The notes: generated by a model from the letters alone, not told the origin. Shown: positions 43,648 to 53,487, numbered from the stretch's first letter. The stretch is 64,000 nt of DNA from Subdoligranulum sp. (GCA_004555405.1 SFIE01000003.1:1049-65048), one strand, 5' to 3'. A program made the numbers and translations.

Positions 43648-44252
43648 GTGTGCGCCTGTTTTGTGCAGCAGATCTTTTCCGCCAGCGTTAAGATATGCTC
43701 GCCCGCCGCCCACTTTTCGGGGTCCACAGTCAGGCGGTAGCCGCAGCCGTTGGGCGCGCACCAGCTGTAATAATCTTCCGCCGGGCGGCCCATGGCTTCC
43801 ATGGCGGCCATCTGGGTGCCGCCGTGCGCCACGATCACCAGCGGCTTTTCGGGGGTTTTCAGGCCGATCTCCACCAGCTGCTGCATGGCCTGCACCACGC
43901 GCTGGGTAAACTCGGTTTTGCTTTCGCCGCCGGGGCAGCGGCCCTTGGCATCACGGCTGATCCAATCCACATACACGGGGTCGTGCTCCATATCCTCGTA
44001 GCTTTGCCCCTCAAACTTGCCGAAGCACATTTCCATGATGCCGGGCACCGGGATCTGCTTTACCCCCGGAAACAGGATCTCGGCGGTTTCGCGGGCGCGG
44101 CCCAGCGGCGAAACATACACCTGATCGGGCACAAAGCCCGCCGGGCGCAGGGCCTCGCGGCCTTCGGGCGAAAGCGGGATCTCCTGCTGGCCCTGATACT
44201 TTTTCAGCTTGTTGTACACGGTTTCCCCGTGGCGGATCAAATATACATCCAT
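43641..44252 (-). CDS. cobC: Alpha-ribazole phosphatase CobC (histidine phosphatase family)
   Basis: 203 aa with the LIRHGET catalytic motif, in cob context. Confidence 0.8.
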   Translation of the reverse strand: MDVYLIRHGETVYNKLKKYQGQQEIPLSPEGREALRPAGFVPDQVYVSPLGRARETAEILFPGVKQIPVPGIMEMCFGKFEGQSYEDMEHDPVYVDWISRDAKGRCPGGESKTEFTQRVVQAMQQLVEIGLKTPEKPLVIVAHGGTQMAAMEAMGRPAEDYYSWCAPNGCGYRLTVDPEKWAAGEHILTLAEKICCTKQAHTW

Positions 44253-44284
44253 GATATTCTCCTATTATTTATACAAATTGTATT

Positions 44285-44617
44285 TTATTTTATCCGGGTT
44301 GGAATGCCGCAGAACACGCGCACCACTTCCTGAGCCTGCTGCGCCAGCAAGATAGCCAGGCGGCCGGCGGCCTCGCGCTGGGCGCGCTGGGCTTTATCGA
44401 TGGGCACCACGCCGCTGCCCACCTCGGCGGCGGTCACGGCGGTTTTCTGCGCCAGCTGTGCGGCCAGCGCTTCCAGCTGCGCAGGGGTTTCGGCCCCGGT
44501 CACAAGCTGCTGCACATCCGCAGCGGCCAGCCGGGCCAGCTGGGCATCGTTCCAGCCGAAACGGGTTTTCACATAGGTTTTCTTGCCGCTGTACAGCGGC
44601 CCTGTTACAAAAATCAT
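44285..44617 (-). CDS. Truncated CobU-like protein (P-loop plus C-terminal segment only)
   Basis: 110 aa from MIFVTGPLYSGKKTY. The C-terminus EVGSGVVPIDKAQRAQREAAGRLAILLAQQAQEVVRVFCGIPTRIK aligns by eye with the CobU C-terminus. The middle region carrying the guanylyl-His is absent. It has an ATGA overlap with cobS. Confidence 0.6.
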   Translation of the reverse strand: MIFVTGPLYSGKKTYVKTRFGWNDAQLARLAAADVQQLVTGAETPAQLEALAAQLAQKTAVTAAEVGSGVVPIDKAQRAQREAAGRLAILLAQQAQEVVRVFCGIPTRIK

Positions 44618-45393
44618 CGCAAAACGCTTTCTGCCATTTGGCACACCACGGCGGCGGCAAGCTGCCAAAGCTCGCACCGCGTTAAAAACCACCCGGCCAG
44701 ATCGCCGCTGATACCGCCGAACTGCTTTTGCGCCACAGCCCGGTAACGCCAAAGGCACAAAAGCGCCGCCAGCGCCGCGCCAACGCCCGGCCCCCGGGCG
44801 CACACAGCCTGCGCGGCCATGCACACCCCGGCCAGCACAGCCAAAAACCGCCCGGCGAAGGCCCTGTCAGCCGCGGTGGCAAAGGTGTGGGCAAGGCCGG
44901 TGTTTTTTGCCAGCGGAAAACGCGCCACGGCATAGCCCGAAAGGGCGCGGCTCAGCACCTGGCCAATGGCAAGGGCCATCAGCGCGCGGCCATCGGGCAG
45001 CTGGGTCCACAGTGCAAAGCAGGCCAAAAACCAGCTGCACAGGCGGATCACCGCAAAAGCGCCGCAGTGCGGGTCGGCCAGGATCTGCTGTTTTTTTTCA
45101 GGCAAGGCACAGCTGGCCAGCGCGTCGCAGGTGTCGGCAAAGCCGTCCAGATGAATGCCGCCCGTTACCAGCACCGGCAAAAGGCACAGCCCCGCCGCCC
45201 GCAGCACGCTACCCGCCCCCAGCGCCCGGCACAGCGCCGCAAAGCCCAAAAGCCCCGCGCCGCTCACCAGCCCCACTGCCGGAAACGCGCACAGCGCATA
45301 GCGCATATTCTGTTTGTTCCATACGGGCTGGGGCAGCGGCACGGCTGAAAACATACCGAACGCCACCGCCAGCGTTTGCAAAAATATCTTCAT
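44614..45393 (-). CDS. cobS: Adenosylcobinamide-GDP ribazoletransferase (cobalamin synthase) CobS
   Basis: 259 aa, polytopic, with the FSAVPLP N-terminal motif and GGIHLDGFADTCDA. Confidence 0.88.
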   Translation of the reverse strand: MKIFLQTLAVAFGMFSAVPLPQPVWNKQNMRYALCAFPAVGLVSGAGLLGFAALCRALGAGSVLRAAGLCLLPVLVTGGIHLDGFADTCDALASCALPEKKQQILADPHCGAFAVIRLCSWFLACFALWTQLPDGRALMALAIGQVLSRALSGYAVARFPLAKNTGLAHTFATAADRAFAGRFLAVLAGVCMAAQAVCARGPGVGAALAALLCLWRYRAVAQKQFGGISGDLAGWFLTRCELWQLAAAVVCQMAESVLR

Positions 45394-45426
45394 GGTTTTT
45401 CCTGCGGCAGCCCCAAAACGGCTGCC

Positions 45427-45945
45427 TTATTTGTGTTGTATCTGCAGGCCGCCCACGGCCTCGTACACGCAGTCGGCCATGGCGGCAGCGGCGTTGTTCA
45501 GCTTGGCCAGCGTGTACACATATGCCGGGGTGTCGCCCGCATAGTCAAGCCCGCCGCCCGCCACATCGCCGCTTACCATCACCAGCAGGGCGCATTTTTC
45601 GGCCAGCGCTTTCACCCCGGCCAAAATGGCTTTTTCTGTGTTTTCGCCCGCGCCCTGCGGCGAAAACATTTCGCCCGCGCAAAGATTGGTCAGATCCTCC
45701 AGCAGCACGGCGCTGCCCGGGGGCACGCTTTCGGCTGCCGCCAAAAGCCCCAGCGGCACTTCCAGCGTGGAAAACTGTTTTTCCGCGCGCATGGCGCGGT
45801 GCTTTTGCACACGGCGCTCGCTTTCGCTGTCCCACACCTGCATGGTGGCAATATACACCCGGGGACGGGCGGTGCTTTGCAGGATCAGCTGCTCGGCCAG
45901 CTGGCTTTTGCCGCTGGCGGCGCCCCCCACCACAAGGGCGGTCAT
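45427..45945 (-). CDS. cobU: Adenosylcobinamide kinase / adenosylcobinamide-phosphate guanylyltransferase CobU
   Basis: 172 aa from MTALVVGGAASGKSQLAE (P-loop), with VQKHRAMR (His region) and a full-length C-terminus. Confidence 0.85.
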   Translation of the reverse strand: MTALVVGGAASGKSQLAEQLILQSTARPRVYIATMQVWDSESERRVQKHRAMRAEKQFSTLEVPLGLLAAAESVPPGSAVLLEDLTNLCAGEMFSPQGAGENTEKAILAGVKALAEKCALLVMVSGDVAGGGLDYAGDTPAYVYTLAKLNNAAAAMADCVYEAVGGLQIQHK

Positions 45946-47021
45946 GTGCTGCCTCCCAGCGGCTGATAGGGCTGCAGCCCTGCCGAGGCAAAGGTGTAGC
46001 CCTCGCGGTACACCGCCAGCGCCATATCCAAAAGCGGCATGGCAGCCACTGCGCCCGTGCCCTCGCCCAGGCGCATTTCGGCGGTAATCAGCGGCTTTTT
46101 GCCCAGCGCTGCCAGCGCCAGCGCACCGGCAGGCTCGGCCGAAACATGGCTGGCCAGAATGGCCTTTTCGCTTTGCGGGCACAGCCGCACGGCCAAAAGG
46201 GCCGCTGCCGCGCTGATCACACCGTCGGCCAGCACCGGCACACCGGCCAGTGCGCCGCCCAAAAACGCACCGCACATGCCCGCAATATCCAGGCCGCCCA
46301 CCGCCGCCAGCACGCCCAACGGGTCGGCCAGACTCTCGTGGTTGATCTGCAGTGCCCTGCGCACTGCGGCCTTTTTGCGCGCAAGGCCTTCATCCGAAAG
46401 GCCCGCGCCGCGCCCCACGATGGCTTCGGGCCGGGCGTTGAGCAGCGCACACAGCACACACGCCGCCGTGGTGGTGTTGCCAATGCCCATTTCCCCGGTG
46501 GCGATCAGCTTTACGCCCTCGCCCGCCAGCCCCTGCACCAGCCGGATGCCCGCCAGAATGCCCTGGGCCGCCTGCTCGCGGCTCATGGCCGGGCCCAGCG
46601 TGCAGTCTTTGGTGCCGTTTGCGATGCGGCGGTTCAAAACGCCCGGCTCGCCTGCATAGTTTTCCACGCCCATATCCACGGGCAGCACCGGGCAGCCCGC
46701 CACCTGCCCCATGCGGCACACAGCCGTTACGCCCAGCGCCAGATTGTGCGCCACGGCGGCTGTTACGCTGGCGGGGCTTTGCGAAATACCCTGGGCCACC
46801 ACGCCGTTGTCGGCGCAGAACACCAGCGCCCGCCGGGGCGTGAGCTGTACATTTTCGCTGCCCGTAAGCCCGGCGATCTGCTCGATGGCCTGTTCCAGAA
46901 GGCCCAGACTGCCCAAGGGCTTGGCGCAGGCATTCCAGTGTTCTCTGGCTTTTTGTGCGGCAGCGGCGCTGGGCGGGGTGATGCCCGCCAGAAGGCCGCT
47001 GAGTGTTTGTTCTGCCGTCAT
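45942..47021 (-). CDS. cobT: Nicotinate-nucleotide--dimethylbenzimidazole phosphoribosyltransferase CobT
   Basis: 359 aa from MTAEQTLSG, with KPLGSLGLLE, GEMGIGNTT and MRLGEGTGA motifs. Confidence 0.88.
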   Translation of the reverse strand: MTAEQTLSGLLAGITPPSAAAAQKAREHWNACAKPLGSLGLLEQAIEQIAGLTGSENVQLTPRRALVFCADNGVVAQGISQSPASVTAAVAHNLALGVTAVCRMGQVAGCPVLPVDMGVENYAGEPGVLNRRIANGTKDCTLGPAMSREQAAQGILAGIRLVQGLAGEGVKLIATGEMGIGNTTTAACVLCALLNARPEAIVGRGAGLSDEGLARKKAAVRRALQINHESLADPLGVLAAVGGLDIAGMCGAFLGGALAGVPVLADGVISAAAALLAVRLCPQSEKAILASHVSAEPAGALALAALGKKPLITAEMRLGEGTGAVAAMPLLDMALAVYREGYTFASAGLQPYQPLGGST

Positions 47022-48355
47022 GGTTCTTGCTCCCTCCATTGGATCGCCGCCCGGGCAAAGCGCCGGGCCAACTGCGGCCTGCCCGCAAAATACAAATGCG
47101 GAAAGCCCGCATACAGGCTTTCGCTCACAAAGCCGCAGCGCCAGCTTTTGCCGCTCACGGGCTTTTCGGCACACAGCGCCGTGCCGTTATGGGTGGAATC
47201 CCAGTGATGAAATTCGTGTATGGGCACGGTTTCGCCCTGCCGGAACAGCATACTGTTCTGCATGGGCGAAAGGGCCGCATAGCCAAAGCGTACCAGCTTG
47301 GGGGTTTGAAAGCCCCGGCCCGGCAGCGCCCCTGCCATGGGCCACACCCGGCCCTGCACATCCTGGAGGCTTTGCCCCAAATACAAAAATCCGCCGCACT
47401 CGGCCACGGTGGGCAGCCCTGCCGCCACCGCGCTGCGTATGGCATCCCGCAGGGCCGCATTCCGGCTCAGCGCCTCGGCGTGCAGCTCGGGGTAGCCCCC
47501 GGGCAGATACAGCCCGCCGATCTGCTTTGGCAGCGCGGCATCCGCCATGGGGCTGAAGAACACCGGCTCCAGCCCGGCCTCGGCAAAAGCTTCTAAGGTT
47601 TCGCGGTAGCAAAAGCAAAAGGCCTCATCCGCCGCCACGGCCAGCCGCACCCGCCGCACCGGCGGCGCGCCGGGCACCGGCGCAGCGGGCGCGGGCACTG
47701 CGAACAGCCGCGCAAACAGCGGCCAGTCAAAATTTTGTTCCAGCCTTTCGGCCAGCACCTGCGCCCGGGCCGCAAGGCCCGGCAGCTCCCCTGCCATGCA
47801 CAGGCCTAGATGCCGGGCCGGAAATTCGGCCTCGGGCATTTCGGGCAGCCAGCCCACCACCGGCAGGCCGCACAGCGCCTGCACCTTTTGCGCCAGCGCT
47901 GCCGCCGCCCCGGCAGGGCAGCGGTTCAGCAAAACCGCCGCTGCGCCATGGGGCGTATGCTGTGCCAGAAGCCCCGGCAGGCTTTCCAGCTGCTGGGGAG
48001 ATACCACCAGCAGCGCAGGCAGGCCCAGCGTTTGCCCCACCTGCCATGCGCTGGCCCGGGGCGTGCCCCCCACACCGTCGTAATACCCCATGGCCCCCTC
48101 GGCCACCACGGCACCGCAGCCGCAGCAGCCCCGGGCAAACAGCGCCTTCACGGTTTCGGGCTCGCTCAGATACAGATCCAGATTCCGGCATTCCACCCCC
48201 AGCACGGCGCGGTGAAAGCCGGGGTCGATGTAATCCGGGCCGCACTTAAAGGCGCACGGGTGCAGCCCCCGGCGCTGCAAAAGCGCCAGCAGCGCCACAG
48301 CCAGCGTGGTTTTGCCGCTGCCAGAGCGGGGCGCGGCCAGCACCAGCCCGATCAT
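47018..48355 (-). CDS. cbiA: Cobyrinate a,c-diamide synthase CbiA
   Basis: 445 aa from MIGLVLAAPRSGSGKTT, with GPDYIDPGFH and a C-terminal GATase part (AECGGFLYL). Confidence 0.88.
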   Translation of the reverse strand: MIGLVLAAPRSGSGKTTLAVALLALLQRRGLHPCAFKCGPDYIDPGFHRAVLGVECRNLDLYLSEPETVKALFARGCCGCGAVVAEGAMGYYDGVGGTPRASAWQVGQTLGLPALLVVSPQQLESLPGLLAQHTPHGAAAVLLNRCPAGAAAALAQKVQALCGLPVVGWLPEMPEAEFPARHLGLCMAGELPGLAARAQVLAERLEQNFDWPLFARLFAVPAPAAPVPGAPPVRRVRLAVAADEAFCFCYRETLEAFAEAGLEPVFFSPMADAALPKQIGGLYLPGGYPELHAEALSRNAALRDAIRSAVAAGLPTVAECGGFLYLGQSLQDVQGRVWPMAGALPGRGFQTPKLVRFGYAALSPMQNSMLFRQGETVPIHEFHHWDSTHNGTALCAEKPVSGKSWRCGFVSESLYAGFPHLYFAGRPQLARRFARAAIQWREQEP

Positions 48356-49545
48356 GCTTTTTGCCCGGTGATCAGCCACACCGGGTTTTGCGCTGTCATC
48401 ATGTGCAGCCCGCCCACGGCCCTTGCATCGCTTACGGCGATCTGGCTCACGGTGGGCTGCAGCCCCAGCTGCTGCATGGCGGCACAGGCCGCGCCCAGGG
48501 TTTCGAGGGTGACAGCGCTGACACACACCCGCGCTGCGGGATTGGCCGCCAGCACGGTTTCCAGAATTTCTTTCATTGTCCCCTTGCTGCCGCCGACAAA
48601 CACTTTATCGGGGGCAGGCAGGCCCTGCAGCGCCGCCGGGGCGCTGCCGCACAGGGCCGTGAGGTTCCACGCGCCCAGCTTTTCGCGGTTTTGTGCGATC
48701 AGGCCGCAGGCCTCGGGCGAGGCTTCCACCGTGTACACCCGGGCCGCCGCCCGGCTGAGGGCAATGGCCACGCTGCCGGTGCCGCCGCCCACATCCCAGC
48801 ACACATCGCCGGGCACGGGGTGAAGCTGCTGCAGCACGGCAGCGCGCACCAGTTGCTTGGTCATGGGCGTTTTGCCGCGAATAAAAACATCGTCCGGCAG
48901 CCACGGGCCGTATTGGGCCAGGGGCTGCGGCGCAGGCCCGGCCAGCAGCACGGTCAGCGGGTCAAACTGCCTTTGGGCCAGCTGGGCCGCCGTGCCGTGC
49001 AGAATGCTTTCCTGCGGCGTGCCAAGGCTTTGCCCGGCACAGCATGGCAGCGCCCCCAAACCGGCCGCTGCCAGCTTTTGGCACAGCACAGCCGCCGTGT
49101 TTTCGCCGCCGGTCAAAAACAGCACGCTTTTGCCCTGCATTACATAGGGCACCGGATCACACGCGCGGCCATGCGCACTGGCCAAAAGCCAGTTTTGCCA
49201 TGCACAGCCAAGGCGGGCGGCCAGCAGCTGCAGGCTGGAAACCCCCGGATACCACCGGCACTGTGCGCCGCTTTGTGCAAGGCGCTGGGCCAAAAGCCCG
49301 GCCCCCGAATAAAAGCCCACATCGCCGCTGAACACCGCTGCAACCTGCTTTTGGCCGCTTTGCAGAATGCACCGGGCCAGTTCCTCGGTGCGCACGGCAG
49401 CCACACGGTTGGGGGTAACGCCCGGGGGCAGCAGCTGCAAAAGGCGCTGGGCCCCCACAACAAGCCCGGCCCCCTGCAAAGCCTGGGCGGCTTCGGCCGT
49501 CAGCGTTTGTGCGCCTGCGCCCAGCGCGATGAGCGATACCGTCAT
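48352..49545 (-). CDS. cbiET: Fused cobalt-precorrin-7 C5-methyltransferase / cobalt-precorrin-6B C15-methyltransferase (decarboxylating), CbiE-CbiT
   Basis: 397 aa. The N-terminal half is a tetrapyrrole methylase. The C-terminal half is a class I SAM methyltransferase with VCWDVGGGTGSVAIAL. Confidence 0.8.
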   Translation of the reverse strand: MTVSLIALGAGAQTLTAEAAQALQGAGLVVGAQRLLQLLPPGVTPNRVAAVRTEELARCILQSGQKQVAAVFSGDVGFYSGAGLLAQRLAQSGAQCRWYPGVSSLQLLAARLGCAWQNWLLASAHGRACDPVPYVMQGKSVLFLTGGENTAAVLCQKLAAAGLGALPCCAGQSLGTPQESILHGTAAQLAQRQFDPLTVLLAGPAPQPLAQYGPWLPDDVFIRGKTPMTKQLVRAAVLQQLHPVPGDVCWDVGGGTGSVAIALSRAAARVYTVEASPEACGLIAQNREKLGAWNLTALCGSAPAALQGLPAPDKVFVGGSKGTMKEILETVLAANPAARVCVSAVTLETLGAACAAMQQLGLQPTVSQIAVSDARAVGGLHMMTAQNPVWLITGQKA

Positions 49546-50282
49546 GGTGTTTTTCCCCCTTGTGTGATCTCGTGTAAAATTTCCTCGGCGCTTTGCCCCA
49601 GTTCCTGCGGGCGGGCGATCACAATCACCCCTGCGCCGCACTCGGCCGCTGCCTGCAGCTTTTCGGCAAAGCCGCCGGGGCCGCCGCCGTTTTTGGTCAC
49701 CATCCAGCGAATGCCGTATTGCCGCAGAATGGCACAGTTCAGCTCTTTGCCAAAGGGCCCCTGCATGGCAATGATATTCTTTTTGGGAATGCCTGCCGCC
49801 TCACACGCGGCCAGGCTTTCCATGCCGGGCAGCACGCGCGCCACCAGCCGCTCGCCGCCCAGCGGGGCAAACGCCCCCAGCTCTTTGGCGCCGGTGGTGA
49901 GCAGTATTTTGCCGCTGCGCTTTGCCAGCAGGGCGGCGGCAGCCGCCGCGCCGGGCACGACCTCGGCGCCGCCCTGCGCCCCCGCCGGGCGCAGCAGCCG
50001 CCGATAGGGCACGCCGCACGCCGCACACGCCGCGCGAATGTTTTCGCTGGCCTGCACGGCATAGGGGTGGGTGGCATCTATGCAAAGCTGCGCCCCCGAA
50101 AGCACCGGCGGCATTTGCTGCGCCGTAAGCCTGCCGCACAGCACCGAGACCCCCGGGCAAGCCCCCTGTGTTTCGGCCCCGTAGGCCGTGGCAACGCTCA
50201 CGGTAACGGCATGGCCCAGCGCCGCCAGCTGATGGGAAAGCGTGCGGCCCTCGGTGGTGCCGCCGAAAATAAAAATGTTCAT
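49542..50282 (-). CDS. cbiJ: Cobalt-precorrin-6A reductase CbiJ
   Basis: 246 aa with the MNIFIFGGTTEGR N-terminus, in operon context. Confidence 0.8.
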   Translation of the reverse strand: MNIFIFGGTTEGRTLSHQLAALGHAVTVSVATAYGAETQGACPGVSVLCGRLTAQQMPPVLSGAQLCIDATHPYAVQASENIRAACAACGVPYRRLLRPAGAQGGAEVVPGAAAAAALLAKRSGKILLTTGAKELGAFAPLGGERLVARVLPGMESLAACEAAGIPKKNIIAMQGPFGKELNCAILRQYGIRWMVTKNGGGPGGFAEKLQAAAECGAGVIVIARPQELGQSAEEILHEITQGGKTP

Positions 50283-51019
50283 TGTGTGTTGTAGCCTCGC
50301 GCCGTTACCATACGGCCCGCACAGTTTTGGGTGAATGCATTGCCGATGAACACCGTGGTAAACATATCCACGGTTTCATTTTGCAGCTGAGCCAGCGTGA
50401 GCAGGCGGTGCTTTTGCCCTTTTCGGCCAATGTTCTGCACCCAGCCGCACACCGTATCGGCGGGCTTGCCCGCCGCCAGCAGGATTTCGCACGCACGGCG
50501 CAGATGCCCCGGCCGCTGGCGGCTCATGGGGTTATACAGGCACAGCGCAAAATCCCCCATGGCCGCCGCCTGCAGCCGCTTTTCGATCACGCTCCAGGGC
50601 GTTAAATGATCCGACAGCGAAACCACGCACCAGTCGTTCATCAGCGGTGCGCCCAGCACGGCCGCCCCCGAAAGGGCCGCGGTGAGCCCGGGGATCACCT
50701 CTACCTGCACGCCGGGATAGGCAGGCGCAAGCTCTAAAATAGGCCCGGCCATGCCGTATACCCCGGCATCGCCGCTGCACACCATGGCCACGCGGCGGCC
50801 CGCTTGGGCCAGCTGCAGCGCCGCACGGCAGCGCTCTACCTCACGGGTCATGGGAGTTGTGAAAATTTCTTTTTCCGGGAAAAGTGCCCTCACCTGATCG
50901 GTGTACACGCTGTAGCCCACAGCCACATCGCACCATTTCAGCGCTGCCAGGGCCGCCGGGGCCAGCAGCGCTTCGCTGCCCGGGCCAAGGCCCACCACTT
51001 TCAGCATTTGTTCACTCAT
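50279..51019 (-). CDS. cbiH: Cobalt-precorrin-3B (cobalt-factor III) C17-methyltransferase CbiH
   Basis: 246 aa from MSEQMLKVVGLGPG, with VCSGDAGVYGMAG. Confidence 0.85.
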   Translation of the reverse strand: MSEQMLKVVGLGPGSEALLAPAALAALKWCDVAVGYSVYTDQVRALFPEKEIFTTPMTREVERCRAALQLAQAGRRVAMVCSGDAGVYGMAGPILELAPAYPGVQVEVIPGLTAALSGAAVLGAPLMNDWCVVSLSDHLTPWSVIEKRLQAAAMGDFALCLYNPMSRQRPGHLRRACEILLAAGKPADTVCGWVQNIGRKGQKHRLLTLAQLQNETVDMFTTVFIGNAFTQNCAGRMVTARGYNTQ

Positions 51020-51999
51020 TCGTTTGCACCCCAGTTCCAATCGATTCGGCAGGCCGCTGCCAAAGTCACGCCGCCGCCCGCCTGCCGGGGCAAAGCGGGC
51101 ATGGCCCCCTCGCCTGCCGCCAAAAGCGCTGCGCGCTCGCACACATTGTCCACGCCCACGGTTTTCTGCACAAAGGCCGAGGCGGTAAACTGCCCCGGCA
51201 CCGCCGCAAGCTGCCCGGCAGAATAAAAGCCGATGGGCCAGCCGCGGCCCCGGCAGAACGCCAGAAGCCCGGCTTCGTTTTGTTTTACATCAATGCTTGC
51301 CGCCCCCACCACGCATTCGGCGGGTAGGCCGCTTTGGGCAAAGGCGGCTTCCAGCGCCTCGCACCCGATGTTTTTTCGGCACCCGATGCCAAGAAACAGC
51401 GGCGGGCACAGCCAGAGCGCCGCCTTGCTTTGCGGCGGCACGGCATCCACCACCATCGCCGCCTGTTCCCGGCTTTCGGCGGCGGCCAGCCCCTTGGGGG
51501 GCGTGCCCGGTATGGGCCAGCGGCTCCAATACAGCACGGTTTTGCCTGCCAGCAGCGCTGCCGACACAGTTTTGATCGCACCGGCATTCATCACCCGCAG
51601 GCCAAGGCCCTTGGCCCACACATCGGCGGCAAACAGATTTCGCCCGTCGGTGGCGGTGGTGATCACCGCCTGGGCCCCGGTCAGGTTGGCAATGGCCCGG
51701 GCCAGCCGGTTGGCACCGCCCAGATGCCCCGACAAAATGGGAATGGCGTAGCGTGCGTTTTCATCCACCACCACCACGGCAGGGTCAACGGTTTTGCGCT
51801 TCATATACGGCGCAATGGCCCGCACCGCAATACCGGCCGCGCCCACAAACACCAGCGCATCGCCTGAAAAATGCGCCTCGGTCCATTCGTTTAAGCCCAC
51901 GGCCTTGCCGCCGCGCACGGCCTTGCCCCCCAGCGCCCCGGCCAGTTTTTGGGCCAGCGCATAGCCGCGGTCTGTAAAAGCGATCAGGTTCAGCTCCAT
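51016..51999 (-). CDS. cbiG: Cobalt-precorrin-5A hydrolase CbiG
   Basis: 327 aa with a two-domain CbiG pattern (LFLGIGCRK in the C-terminal half), in operon context. Confidence 0.8.
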   Translation of the reverse strand: MELNLIAFTDRGYALAQKLAGALGGKAVRGGKAVGLNEWTEAHFSGDALVFVGAAGIAVRAIAPYMKRKTVDPAVVVVDENARYAIPILSGHLGGANRLARAIANLTGAQAVITTATDGRNLFAADVWAKGLGLRVMNAGAIKTVSAALLAGKTVLYWSRWPIPGTPPKGLAAAESREQAAMVVDAVPPQSKAALWLCPPLFLGIGCRKNIGCEALEAAFAQSGLPAECVVGAASIDVKQNEAGLLAFCRGRGWPIGFYSAGQLAAVPGQFTASAFVQKTVGVDNVCERAALLAAGEGAMPALPRQAGGGVTLAAACRIDWNWGANE

Positions 52000-52003
52000 G
52001 GTT

Positions 52004-52771
52004 TTATGCCTCTTGTGATGCCTGCCGGTAGCCCGTGGTAAAGCTGGGGCTGTACAGGCAGCTTTTTTCGTAGCCGGTGCCTGCCAGAAAATCCCCCGCC
52101 AGCACCAGCGCCGTGCGGCTGATCCCAGCCCGGCTGCCCGCCTGTGCCAGCTCGCCCAGGCGGCAATGCACGATTTTTTCCTCGGGCCATGTGGCCTTAT
52201 ACACCAGCGCCGCCGGAGTGTCGGCTGTGTAAGCGCCCCCCGCCAGCAAGGCCTGCTGCACGCCGGGCAGCATACCGCTGCTCAGAAAGATCGCCATGCT
52301 GGCCCCGTGGGCCGCCAGCTTTTGCAGCGCCTCTCTCTCGGGCACCGGGGTTCGCCCCGCCAGCCGGGTGATGATCACGGTTTGGCTGATGCCGGGCAGC
52401 GTGTATTCGGCCCCCAGCGCCGCCGCCGCACCGCAAAAGCTGCTCACGCCGGGGGTATCGTCCCACTCGATTCCAAGGGAGTCCAGCGCGTCCATCTGCT
52501 CACGCACGGCGCCGTAAATGCTTTGGTCGCCCGTGTGCAGGCGCACGGTTTCCAGCCCGTCACCCTCGGCCTGCTGCATGGCCTGCAGCACCTCGGGCAG
52601 GCTCATTTCGGCGCTGTTGTAAATGCGGCACCCCTCTGGGGCAAGGCCCAGCAGCGCCGGGTTGACCAGGCTGCCCGCATAGATCACACAGCCCGCCCTT
52701 TGCAAAAGCGCCGCGCCGCGCTGCGTAATAAGATCGGGGGCTCCGGGCCCCGCGCCCACAAAATGTATCAT
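52004..52771 (-). CDS. cbiF: Cobalt-precorrin-4 C11-methyltransferase CbiF
   Basis: 255 aa from MIHFVGAGPGAPDLIT, with VRLHTGDQSIYGA. RBS AAAGGAGAAAA. Confidence 0.88.
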   Translation of the reverse strand: MIHFVGAGPGAPDLITQRGAALLQRAGCVIYAGSLVNPALLGLAPEGCRIYNSAEMSLPEVLQAMQQAEGDGLETVRLHTGDQSIYGAVREQMDALDSLGIEWDDTPGVSSFCGAAAALGAEYTLPGISQTVIITRLAGRTPVPEREALQKLAAHGASMAIFLSSGMLPGVQQALLAGGAYTADTPAALVYKATWPEEKIVHCRLGELAQAGSRAGISRTALVLAGDFLAGTGYEKSCLYSPSFTTGYRQASQEA

Positions 52772-52791
52772 GCCATTTTCTCCTTTGCGTA

Positions 52792-53487
52792 TCACTCTTT
52801 CACGATCACCAGGGCAAAATAGCCGGTTTCGCCCTGGGCGGGCTGCTGGTTTGCCAAATTGGGCCACACCCGCTCGGCGGCAAGCCCGCAGTCGCACACA
52901 AGGGCGCTTTTTTCCAAAAGCTGCCGCTGCGCCAGCAGCTGCAGCACCCCAGGCAGGCTGCGCCCGGTTTTCATCAGGATCTTGGTACCCGGCCAGTCGA
53001 GAGCCTGGGCCAGATTGGCCTCGCCCGGCACCAGGTGCACCGGGCTTTGCATATCCGTAAGGCTGATGCCCAGCCGCGCCGCCGCTGCGCAAAAGCTGGG
53101 GATGCCCGGCACCATCACGGCGGCATAGCCCTTTTGGCGAATGCGCTCCAGCAGATACTGCCCGCTGGCGTAAATGCTCACATCCCCCAGATTGACCAGC
53201 GCGATGTCCTGCCCGGCATCCAGCACGGCGCACAGCGCCCTCTCGGCGGCGGCATAGGCGCTTTCCCGCTCGGCCTCGCCGCGTTTCATGGCAAAATCCA
53301 GCGGCAGCACGGTTTTATCGGCAAGGGGCACGGCTTTTTGTGCAATTTCCAGCGCCAGCATATGCCCGCCCCCCGTTCGCGGCGCAGCGATCACCGGGCA
53401 GGCGCGCAGGGTTTCGGCTGCCAGAAGCGTGAGATGCCCGGCTTTGCCCGGGCCCACGCCCACGGCATACAGAGTGCCGCGTTTCAT
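52792..53487 (-). CDS. cbiL: Cobalt-factor II (cobalt-precorrin-2) C20-methyltransferase CbiL
   Basis: 231 aa from MKRGTLYAVGVGPG, with NLGDVSIYASG. It has an ATGA overlap with cbiD. Confidence 0.85.
   Translation of the reverse strand: MKRGTLYAVGVGPGKAGHLTLLAAETLRACPVIAAPRTGGGHMLALEIAQKAVPLADKTVLPLDFAMKRGEAERESAYAAAERALCAVLDAGQDIALVNLGDVSIYASGQYLLERIRQKGYAAVMVPGIPSFCAAAARLGISLTDMQSPVHLVPGEANLAQALDWPGTKILMKTGRSLPGVLQLLAQRQLLEKSALVCDCGLAAERVWPNLANQQPAQGETGYFALVIVKE

Noticed and set aside
44907-47207. 766-aa plus-strand ORF, and the many 60-300-aa ORFs across 38.8-54.6 kb
   Set aside because: They are Arg/Pro/Ala-rich translations antisense or out of frame to the cbi/cob genes. Each cbi/cob gene has family-specific motifs and tight ATGA coupling. 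None of the alternatives has an RBS or a domain.
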